Source: Candidatus Bathyarchaeia archaeon
Lineage (GTDB): Archaea > Thermoproteota > Bathyarchaeia > Bathyarchaeales > Bathycorpusculaceae
Direction: 5' to 3'
Assembly: GCA_050012755.1 (NCBI GenBank)
Contig: JBEKGO010000045.1
Span: 1-14,578, forward strand
Length of the DNA stretch: 14,578 nt
Positions 1 to 7,350 of the stretch are shown one piece after another (positions within the stretch are counted from its first letter, which is position 1; each line of letters begins with the position of its first letter). Under the pieces are notes generated by a model. It did no database searches, had not been told where the DNA came from, and saw only the letters and a program-made list of their open reading frames with translations. The translations under genes were made by a program, and so were the position numbers.

Positions 1-201
1 AAGCAAAAAGCAGTCTCTATTTATCAGAAAGCGCAGGTCATGGATCATGGAGTTATGACTGCTGCAGAGTACATAGGTAACGAAAACTTCTTGTTAGAAT
101 CCAAGCGTAAGCAACTCTATCTTGATTTTCCACCTTCAGATGAGTTTGCGCGGTGGATGAAGACATTGAATAATAAAAAAATCGCGAAACCGCCAATTTA
201 A
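1..201 (+). CDS. Partial CDS (C-terminus), probable UPF0282-type archaeal MBL-fold metallo-hydrolase
   Basis: Frame 1 is open from the window edge to TAA 199-201: ...VMTAAEYIGNENFLLESKRKQLYLDFPPSDEFARWMK... The TAAEYxG...LLExxRKxLY pattern is recalled from the UPF0282 C-terminus. Not in the ORF track. Confidence 0.7.
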   Translation, partial: KQKAVSIYQKAQVMDHGVMTAAEYIGNENFLLESKRKQLYLDFPPSDEFARWMKTLNNKKIAKPPI

Positions 202-213
202 GGATGAAAAGAT

Positions 214-924
214 TTGTTTGAATTGAGCTTAGACGCTTTTATTGCTTCATTCATTCTGGTCGTTATAGCTGAAATGGGAGACAAAACACAATTTTTAGCC
301 ATGTCCTTCGCGACACGACACAACGTCTACAAAGTACTTCTTGGAATTTTCATAGCGATCGTTGCATGTTTTGCAATAACAGTAGCCGTAGGCCAAATCC
401 TAACAACAATCATACCCATCGACATAATATCGATAGCTGCTTCGCTCTCATTCATCGGCTTCGGACTTTGGGCGATCCGAGGAGACAAACAAAAAACTGA
501 GAACAAAAAACCTTCTCGCTTTGGAATAACCGCAACCGTAGCCATAACATTTTTCGTTGCAGAGTTCGGCGACAAAACCCAGCTTGCAACCATCAGTTTA
601 GTAGCGCAATACCAGAACGCAATAAGCGTTTTTTTAGGAGCTTCCATCGCGATGTTGGTTGCTGATGGCCTTGGGATAATTGTTGGAGTTGTTTTTTGTA
701 AGCGCATTCCAGAGCGAGCTTTCAAATGGCTTTCTGCAGCAATATTTGTTTTATTTGGGTTAATCGGTTTATATGAAGTTCTACCTGCCAAAATCGGCTT
801 AGACTACACGGCATTAGCTCTTGTGGGGTTGACCGTTTTTTCTGTCTCTGCAATGTTAATTCTGGCAAGAAAACAAAAAATGACATATAATTCTGAGAAA
901 AATCATAACTTGCAAAGATCGTAG
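214..924 (+). CDS. TMEM165/GDT1 (UPF0016) family Ca2+/Mn2+ transporter
   Basis: Two copies of the family signature E-x-G-D-K-T-Q (EMGDKTQ, EFGDKTQ) and 6-7 hydrophobic helices. The TTG start is approximate. Confidence 0.93.
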   Translation: MFELSLDAFIASFILVVIAEMGDKTQFLAMSFATRHNVYKVLLGIFIAIVACFAITVAVGQILTTIIPIDIISIAASLSFIGFGLWAIRGDKQKTENKKPSRFGITATVAITFFVAEFGDKTQLATISLVAQYQNAISVFLGASIAMLVADGLGIIVGVVFCKRIPERAFKWLSAAIFVLFGLIGLYEVLPAKIGLDYTALALVGLTVFSVSAMLILARKQKMTYNSEKNHNLQRS

Positions 925-1015
925 CCGCCAAAAACAAATGCTAAGTTTAGAAAAACTAGAAAGAAAACCAAAAAAAAAGTCAAACGCCTCAGCATTTAAA
1001 AAATTTTTAAAAATT

Positions 1016-1124
1016 GAGTTTTGGCAAATGCAGATTTAACCTAACGCAAACTAGAATTTTCGGAAGAGAGAGGGGGAACATGGCGCTTGCGTCTCAGTTA
1101 ACCGTTGATTTGCCAAAACGCTTC
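1016..1124 (-). ncRNA. Putative structured small RNA (long hairpin, C/U-rich terminal loop)
   Basis: Perfect 12-bp inverted repeat 1018-1029/1108-1119, plus inner stems 1036-1041/1096-1101 and 1043-1051/1085-1093. Three A-C mismatches on + become G-U pairs on -. TATATAAA (- strand, 1149-1156) lies upstream, and T-tracts (1009-1013, 998-1003) lie downstream. Confidence 0.55.
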
Positions 1125-1148
1125 GGATTTTTTTAGAACCCTATACGT

Positions 1149-1156
1149 TTTATATA
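1149..1156 (-). promoter_or_regulatory. TATA box for the putative ncRNA
   Basis: TATATAAA on the - strand, about 30 nt upstream of the hairpin 5' end. It also reads TTTATATA on +, so orientation is inferred. Confidence 0.5.
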
Positions 1157-1177
1157 CTAAATACTATACTTCGCAAT

Positions 1178-1206
1178 AAAAATTGATGTGACTGTACTAG
1201 CACAGC
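1178..1206 (-). terminator. Hairpin plus T-tract after the mobA-like gene
   Basis: The - strand reads GCUGUG-CUAG-UACAGU (stem with G-U pairs, 1191-1206) just after the stop at 1213, then TTTTT (1178-1182). Confidence 0.45.
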
Positions 1207-1212
1207 TACAAG

Positions 1213-1902
1213 TTACAACTGTGGTCTTTTAGTTCTTCGAATGGGCATACGGGCAGCTTTCGCAGCGCCTTTTTTTGATGTTGATGTTCTAGGTTTTAAC
1301 ATTACAACGGCTTTCTTTAGATCCAGCGGAGTAATTATTCGGAAAAACGTTTTGAAATCTGGATCCAGCTGCTCAATCACCATCGTTGACATGTAACGAA
1401 TCCCACGCAATCTATCCGCTATAGCTTCCACATCAACCTCGCCATTAGTTAACGCTTCTTTGGCAGCCTCCAAAGCAACCTTAGTATTGTAAACGGCATG
1501 TAAAGGTTCAACCTCACAATCAGGCGATCGTGCAATATCCGCTGATTTGCCCATGCCACAATCAAAAAGCAAAGTCACCACATCTGGGGAAACAAAGGGA
1601 GAATCAAACGGCAAAATCAACGAATATTTTCCCTCGGCCGCTTCAAAACCTGCTAAAGCAGCCCCTAAAAGCCCTTTTGATTCGTCCGCATCACAAACAA
1701 ATCTAACCTTAGGTGAAACAATTTTTGCGTAAGAATCCGCGCGTTCTTTCGAGGTTGTGACAATAATAACTTCTTCAGAAATCCCTTTAACAGCGTCAAT
1801 AACATGTTTCAACAAGGGTTTGTTATCCAGACGCAATAGCCCTTTGTCTTTCCCGAACTTGTTTGAGGAATCAAGTGCTAAGATGATGACTGATTTATCC
1901 AA
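1213..1902 (-). CDS. MobA-like NTP transferase (molybdenum cofactor guanylyltransferase fold) with degenerate nucleotide-binding motifs
   Basis: IILAxxSSxxFGxDKGLL, KPLLKHV, LPxDxPF, EPLHAVY and FFxIxTPxDL follow the MobA layout. Likely start is TTG 1902 behind a GGTGGAG SD; the ORF track uses ATG 1923. Confidence 0.85.
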   Translation of the reverse strand: MDKSVIILALDSSNKFGKDKGLLRLDNKPLLKHVIDAVKGISEEVIIVTTSKERADSYAKIVSPKVRFVCDADESKGLLGAALAGFEAAEGKYSLILPFDSPFVSPDVVTLLFDCGMGKSADIARSPDCEVEPLHAVYNTKVALEAAKEALTNGEVDVEAIADRLRGIRYMSTMVIEQLDPDFKTFFRIITPLDLKKAVVMLKPRTSTSKKGAAKAARMPIRRTKRPQL

Positions 1903-1972
1903 ATAGCTGACGTCTCCACCCATAAATTACAAAACAAGTTAAAAAACATACAGAGAAAGAAAAATGCTTTTT

Positions 1973-2749
1973 CTAGTTTACTTCGTTATCTTCTATTTTT
2001 CTTGCCATTTCAGCCAGTATCTTCGTGAACGGATGATCGGGTTTGTCTTGGACGAAAATCAGGTTGCCTTCAGCCCGCAGTATATCGCAGAAACATGGCA
2101 CAAATCCCAGCATGGGGACCTGGTATGCTGTTTTTATTTTGGCGGCCATTTCAGATTTCTTAGATGTTGCAGTGGCATCAAGCACTTTGTTCATGACCAG
2201 TCCTGTTTTCTTCTCAAACAAGTTGTAGAGTTCTTTTAGCATGCGTTTTGTTCCGTCTACGTCGGAGCGGTCGCCGGTGGTTGCTACAACTACGAAGTCT
2301 GCGGCTACTATGGCGTTTATTGAGGAGTATTGTAGTCCTGGGCTTGTGTCGAAGAATATGTAATCGAAGCCTTGTTCTGCTATTAATGATTCTTTGAGGG
2401 CGAGGAGTCTGCCAAGGGCTCGCATTTCCCATTTACGGTCTTTCGAGGACATGTCGCGGATTGCTTCCGTTTGTGGATTTGCTAAGCCAACGTAGAGTTT
2501 GCCGCCAGATACTCTGCTGCTTAAATCTATCAAGACATTGCCGATTTCGGCGGTGCTGTTTAAATAATCGTTAAACCAGACTTCTGAATTTTCAACTTTT
2601 AGTATGGCAAATAAGCTTGGGGCTCTGAAGTCTAAATCGAATAGGGCAACCTTTTTGCCTTTTTTCGCGAAGGTTGCGGCTAAATTGACTGAGAGAAGTG
2701 TTTTTCCTGTTCCGCCTTTATAAGAGTGTACTGCGATTATTTTTCCCAT
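1973..2749 (-). CDS. MinD/ParA family P-loop ATPase
   Basis: Deviant Walker A HSYKGGTGKT, switch I DLDFRAPSL, Walker B region FDYIFFDTSPG, and the GLVMNKV nucleotide-specificity motif. Confidence 0.93.
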   Translation of the reverse strand: MGKIIAVHSYKGGTGKTLLSVNLAATFAKKGKKVALFDLDFRAPSLFAILKVENSEVWFNDYLNSTAEIGNVLIDLSSRVSGGKLYVGLANPQTEAIRDMSSKDRKWEMRALGRLLALKESLIAEQGFDYIFFDTSPGLQYSSINAIVAADFVVVATTGDRSDVDGTKRMLKELYNLFEKKTGLVMNKVLDATATSKKSEMAAKIKTAYQVPMLGFVPCFCDILRAEGNLIFVQDKPDHPFTKILAEMARKIEDNEVN

Positions 2750-2755
2750 GATATC

Positions 2756-3139
2756 TCAACCTTGTGTTTCCCTATCAACGAAGAAATACGCTTTTCTTCC
2801 TTTGCGTTCTTTTTTGAGGTAACCCATGATTACAAGCTGATTAAGATACGCGCTTTCAACTGCTCTTGCTCGACTTGTTTGCACAGAGATTTCTTCAGCT
2901 GTTGCTCTCACGCATCTACAGATTGCCATGGCGGTTTTTCGCAAGTGATCAGGCATCGAGAGAAGTGTCATAACATCAAGAGATGCATCAGGCAAGCCAG
3001 GTGCAGACTTTTGATTGTCATTGCCAGTTTTCTGAATTTCAATAATAACTTCCATCTTATCATTTAACCGCTCAAGACTTTCTTCAATCTTTTCAAGAAT
3101 ATTCAGAGGTCTTTTGTTCATCGCTTGATCTTTAATCAT
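2756..3139 (-). CDS. Small DNA-binding protein: N-terminal coiled coil plus C-terminal winged HTH
   Basis: Heptad pattern ILEKIEESLERLNDKMEVII, HTH ATAEEISVQTSRARAVESAYLNQLV, wing GYLKKERKGRKAYF. GAGGG SD upstream; 6 nt from the MinD/ParA start. Confidence 0.85.
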   Translation of the reverse strand: MIKDQAMNKRPLNILEKIEESLERLNDKMEVIIEIQKTGNDNQKSAPGLPDASLDVMTLLSMPDHLRKTAMAICRCVRATAEEISVQTSRARAVESAYLNQLVIMGYLKKERKGRKAYFFVDRETQG

Positions 3140-3188
3140 TAATTACCCTCGAAGTGTTTTGCATGTATACAGATAGTGAATAAAACTG

Positions 3189-3217
3189 TTTATTAAGTAT
3201 TACGATACAGTAATACT
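3189..3217 (-). promoter_or_regulatory. TATA box with adjacent palindromic operator for the wHTH-MinD/ParA operon
   Basis: AGTATTAC-N6-GTAATACT perfect 8-bp inverted repeat (3196-3217), abutting TTAATAAA on the - strand (3189-3196). Confidence 0.6.
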
Positions 3218-3301
3218 GATTTGAACACAAGAAAAGAAATCTATACATTAATTTTGTAAGCTAATAAATTAATAAAATTAGAAACAAATAAGAAAAAGTG
3301 T

Positions 3302-3595
3302 TTAGTAGGGAGCCATTACTTGGCTTCTTGCTTCCTCTGCTATAGGCAAGACTTGTCTTAGCTCTTTGAAGTATTTCAGAACAGTGATACCTCGTTGTGA
3401 AACGGCATAAACAACCCGTCTTTTTCCAACGGTACGTTCTTCAACCAAGCCTTGCTTCATGAGAAAGTCAAGATATTCCTTGAGGACACTGCAGTTGACG
3501 TTAGCTTTGTACATTACATGCGTTAGCTTTAGTGGTCCTCTGTTAGCCAGAACTGAAAGGATATCTACATACATTTCTAGTTTTGAACGACGCAC
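3302..3595 (-). CDS. Winged-helix transcriptional regulator (HTH_45/COG3432-like)
   Basis: RRSKLEMYVDIL...KLTHVMYKANVN...LKEYLDFLMKQGLVEE...Y.VSQRG. Start reassigned to GTG 3595: a GAGGA SD precedes it, and a TATA-like TTTATATT (3635-3642) lies inside the longer ORF call. Confidence 0.88.
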   Translation of the reverse strand: MRRSKLEMYVDILSVLANRGPLKLTHVMYKANVNCSVLKEYLDFLMKQGLVEERTVGKRRVVYAVSQRGITVLKYFKELRQVLPIAEEARSQVMAPY

Positions 3596-3685
3596 TTCTT
3601 TATTCCTCTTGTTTTCTCCACTATTCATGTTTTTAATATAAATCATTTATGTAGTGCAAATCAACTTATTATCCATATGCACATG

Positions 3686-3865
3686 CTAATTATGGGTTTT
3701 TCTGCTAGCTTGGTTTAACACATTTAATCTATTTTCGAATGCAGTAACCATGTCATCTAGCAATATTTCACGCAATTCTGTCGTCAATCCGGTGATTTCC
3801 GACTGAAAAACATCAGCTAATTTAGATTCCATTTGTTTCCGATCTTTACTTGGAATTTGCTTCAT
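3686..3865 (-). CDS. Small hypothetical helical protein, 59 aa (not in the ORF track)
   Basis: ATG 3865 to TAG 3686: MKQIPSKDRKQMESKLADVFQSEITGLTTELREILLDDMVTAFENRLNVLNQASRKTHN. GGAG SD at 3874-3877 and TTAAATA box at 3909-3915. It fills the gap co-directionally with its neighbours. Confidence 0.8.
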   Translation of the reverse strand: MKQIPSKDRKQMESKLADVFQSEITGLTTELREILLDDMVTAFENRLNVLNQASRKTHN

Positions 3866-3993
3866 TCACTTTTCTCCAAATTATCGTATCAATTCATTAG
3901 ATGACGGTATTTAACTAATTTATGAAATCAGAACAAGTGTTTAAATTATTGATTTAGAATAATGATTTAGAGTCCAGGTTCAGGGAAATAGAG

Positions 3994-4434
3994 ATGGAAA
4001 TTGAGAATCACTGGATCCAGGACTGGCTTAGCTGTAGAGCTGAAGCTTACAAAACCGAATTAGATGAAAACTCGGAAATAGTGACGACAGAAATTCATCG
4101 AGATGAAGGAGAGATCGCTGGAGAAAATATTGTTAAGGCAAATGTTCCAGCGAAAGTTAGTATTATCACTGGCAACGCTTTGAAAGTCATCCCCACTTTG
4201 AAAGGTCCTTTTGATTTCGCATTTATTGACGCTGAGAAAAGTGAGCATTTTCAATATCTTAAATTGGCGGAGAATAAGCTACGTAAGGGAGCAGTTGTTT
4301 TTGGGGATAACGCTGGAATCTTCGCCGACCAAATGCGTGATTATTTGGATTATGTGAGGAATTCGGGCAATTACAAGAGTAGGTACATGCAAGTGGGCGA
4401 CGATGGTGTCGAAATTAGTGTGAAGCAAAGTTAG
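3994..4434 (+). pseudogene. N-terminally truncated class I SAM-dependent O-methyltransferase
   Basis: From ~4057 it reads EIVTTEI...FDFAFIDAEK...L.KGAVVFGDN, typical of cation-dependent O-methyltransferases. SAM-binding motif I (LEIGTxxGYS) is absent, and the first ~21 codons look unrelated. Confidence 0.7.
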
Positions 4435-4734
4435 CGGATGACATTAAACAGTTTTACCTGAACGTTTTAATGATTGTGACGGTTGCTTTGTCTTTGGGTG
4501 GGCGATGACGACTCTGGCCCCGAAGACTACAAAGGATGATGAGGATCTTGAGTGTGAGACGGTAAAAATGATAACTTTCAGGTTTGTACTTGATAGTTTA
4601 GATGCTGTCTAAGAGCCCACCTAATTTAACGCTTAAACCTTTGCATGTCTTGTACTTGCTTAGTTATTTGGCTTCATATCTAGCTGTAAACTGATCTGAA
4701 AGCGCGTGCTGAGGAAAGGAAGCCCGAGAGGGAA

Positions 4735-6747
4735 CTAATAGATCACCCTTATGACCCAGGCATTATCTTCATTGAATGCAACTTCATAATGAGGACTTTG
4801 TAGGAACAAATGCGGATCATAGTTGTTTCTCCAATTCTGGACCTGACTACTGACGGTATTGCTTAGATAAATGTATGAGACATTGTATTTCTTGAGGATG
4901 GATAGTGCCTCGGTTGAGTTAGGAGATTCTGCGACGATAATGCTCTCATCTTGTCTAGTAAACATAATATTTGACCATCCAACTTCGGATACGCTTAACA
5001 ATGGCATAACGATGCGTCTGTGGCATATCACGGGTATCCATGTACTTGGTGTTCCAACCCAGTGATCGTTAAAGATTACAGCATCTTGAGGGGTGTTATT
5101 TGAAATCCAAATCATTGCATTGTAGTCCGCTGTAGATATTCGGTTTGTTTGAATTTCAGCGTTGGCAAGAATCGGTTTTGATTCGAAGTAATAGGTAGAT
5201 AAAAGAAGAGATGCGACTATCAGAAGGGGCAAATAAGTTTTCAGGAATTTACGAGAAGAATATCGGAGTTTGTTTTTTAAGAAGTCATAAAGTTTCACAA
5301 ACCCAATTCCACCTAACACTGCTAGAGGAAATGACAACAAAGGACTGAGGAAAGCTCCTGATTGAAGATAGTACCAATCTGGAAAATGGATTTGGAATAT
5401 TTCATTTAACATTAAGAGAACTATACTTAGAAACCATGCTAAAAGAAAGCTTCCTATTCGCCTTCTAACCAAAACAGCAAGCAGACCTATAATTCCAAAA
5501 AGCAATAGCCAGTAGCCGTAATACATAAAGAGGTTTGCAGAGCCAAATTCACTTCTAACTGAATTGGCATTGAACCATATTAGAAGCGCCTGATACTCCT
5601 TTAAAGGTACTTTAATCGTTAACCGGCTGAGAATATTGAAGACCCAAGGTAAAGACAAGCCAACTCCGATGACAGTAATTGTGGCGCCTCCAAAAACGCT
5701 TTTTTTCCTGTTTTCAAAAAAGATCAATCCACAGGAAAAGAATAAGACAACAAAAATGGTAGCCGTGATGAACGAAACACTGTAGGTTATGAACAGGCTT
5801 GCCAATGTTATGCCTGCCAGTAACAGCATTTTACGGTTTCCACTAACTGAATAGAGATATGAAAAAAACAACAGGCACAAGGTTAATGCCACTCCAGCGA
5901 GGGCTGGAAACCGACCGTATGTCATCATTTGATAGAATCCAATTGAGAGTAGAGCTGAGAGAGCTGTTGCACAAAGCGCAATTCTATTGTCATGTGATAC
6001 CCTGCGTGTGAGGACAAATATTTCGCCATGGATTATAGCGAAAAATGCCGAAAAAAGAGATACAAGCAACGGCATGGACACAGAGGGGTCCAGGAGATAG
6101 AGAAAAGCTATCACTGACGGATATCCTGGCGGATAAGTGAATTGGGTTTGCTCAGGAAAATATGGTGCCCAAGACTGGGGGATTTTGCCTTGCTGGGCAA
6201 TCATAGTTGCCGCTAAAGTGGATGTGGCGGGATCATCTCCCATAGGTATTAAAATGCCGTTTTTCGGTAACGGAAGCGATATCAGAGCAATCGAAACAAC
6301 AATAAGGAGCATTAGAACAAAATATGAAAAAGACATTGAAGATGACCTGAAATGCGTTTTCAGTCTTCCTTTTTTCCATGAATATGCAAGTAAAGGAACC
6401 GAGAGTAAAAGCGCAGACAAAATGATTGTATATTCATTTATTGGCACATGTAAAACTGACAAATAAAGAGCCATCAATGACGTATAGGCTATCCCAATTA
6501 TGGGGGACAGAATCAGTTTTTCCAACAAATCAAATTCACGTGAAGTTACCGCCTGCAGAATAGAGAAGCCGGGAAGAAATAAAACGAATAGGACCCTGCC
6601 CGTGAGCGAGAGGGCAGATACACCCCCAACCAAGAATAAAATGAAAGCTAGAAAAAAACCAACAACTACAGTAGCAAACGTCCGAATATTCGGGTGCATT
6701 TCATGTTTCTTTAAGAATATTTCTTTTGTTATTTCTTGCCAAGGCAA
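4735..6747 (-). CDS. Polytopic GT-C-fold membrane glycosyltransferase-like protein
   Basis: Many TM helices; acidic GDDPA motif in an external loop followed by YPPGYP. The C-terminal soluble domain (DYNAMIWISNNTPQDAVIFND...LKKYNVSYIYL) resembles STT3/AglB-type C-termini. The N-terminal LFVLFLPGF module is DUF1616-like. Start uncertain. Confidence 0.75.
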   Translation of the reverse strand: MPWQEITKEIFLKKHEMHPNIRTFATVVVGFFLAFILFLVGGVSALSLTGRVLFVLFLPGFSILQAVTSREFDLLEKLILSPIIGIAYTSLMALYLSVLHVPINEYTIILSALLLSVPLLAYSWKKGRLKTHFRSSSMSFSYFVLMLLIVVSIALISLPLPKNGILIPMGDDPATSTLAATMIAQQGKIPQSWAPYFPEQTQFTYPPGYPSVIAFLYLLDPSVSMPLLVSLFSAFFAIIHGEIFVLTRRVSHDNRIALCATALSALLSIGFYQMMTYGRFPALAGVALTLCLLFFSYLYSVSGNRKMLLLAGITLASLFITYSVSFITATIFVVLFFSCGLIFFENRKKSVFGGATITVIGVGLSLPWVFNILSRLTIKVPLKEYQALLIWFNANSVRSEFGSANLFMYYGYWLLLFGIIGLLAVLVRRRIGSFLLAWFLSIVLLMLNEIFQIHFPDWYYLQSGAFLSPLLSFPLAVLGGIGFVKLYDFLKNKLRYSSRKFLKTYLPLLIVASLLLSTYYFESKPILANAEIQTNRISTADYNAMIWISNNTPQDAVIFNDHWVGTPSTWIPVICHRRIVMPLLSVSEVGWSNIMFTRQDESIIVAESPNSTEALSILKKYNVSYIYLSNTVSSQVQNWRNNYDPHLFLQSPHYEVAFNEDNAWVIRVIY

Positions 6748-7056
6748 TTGATTGCCATCCAGCCATCTATCTTTAGTAGTGTTAATTTAAGATTGTTTCG
6801 CATGGTAACCTTTCAAGTTTCCGACAAAACAGCTGCTTGCCATCTTGAGTGCATATCATGCAGTTGAATTTCAAGTGCACACTAAAAGCGCACCTACTTA
6901 TTATATAATATCACTAATTTCCGTGTAAAGTCATTGACAAAACTAAACAACAATAACTAATTTTTTTAGGTTTTTTCGTGTTTTATTCAAAAAAGGATAT
7001 CAATAGGCATACTCAAATAATCATGTTACAATATTAAATCAAAGGTTGAGAATATC

Positions 7057-7206
7057 TTGAGAAATAAAGGAAATAAGTACTATCAAAACACTCATGGAAA
7101 CGTTTTCAAAAGGGTAACAAACGATAAACGCCGAAAGAAGAAAGTTTTAATGAAGAAAAACTCAAAAGTTATAAGAGTTCCGTCGACTCCTACTAACCCC
7201 GTTTAA
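7057..7206 (+). CDS. Small very basic hypothetical protein, 49 aa (not in the ORF track)
   Basis: TTG 7057 to TAA 7206: MRNKGNKYYQNTHGNVFKRVTNDKRRKKKVLMKKNSKVIRVPSTPTNPV. AGGTTGAG SD at 7043-7050; T7 tract at 7230-7236. Confidence 0.55.
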   Translation: MRNKGNKYYQNTHGNVFKRVTNDKRRKKKVLMKKNSKVIRVPSTPTNPV

Positions 7207-7350
7207 AATAAATTGGATTGAGGAACAACTTTTTTTACTTAAATTTTAATCCACAAAAAAATATTCTGGTATAACACACTTGAGCGGTAACTTGTCATTG
7301 TTTTTCAAATGCACGCCCAAAGAGCCTGCCTAACCGCTTCCAAGAATACG

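Noticed and set aside
327-791. 154-aa antisense ORF and other overlapping ORFs in the track (e.g. 2726-3067, 6137-6466, 13322-13618)
   Set aside because: They are shadows of well-supported genes on the opposite strand or in another frame, with no motifs of their own.
1016-1121. Hairpin as a Mn2+ (yybP-ykoY) or Moco riboswitch, SECIS element or simple terminator
   Set aside because: It lies 3' of both flanking genes and lacks recognisable riboswitch consensus. Neither gene has an in-frame TGA, and the structure is far larger than a terminator stem.
4505-4593. Possible C/D box sRNA (ATGACGA 4505, ATGATGA 4536, ATGATAA 4568)
   Set aside because: No canonical CTGA D box at a suitable distance (only GTGA/TTGA) and no terminal stem.
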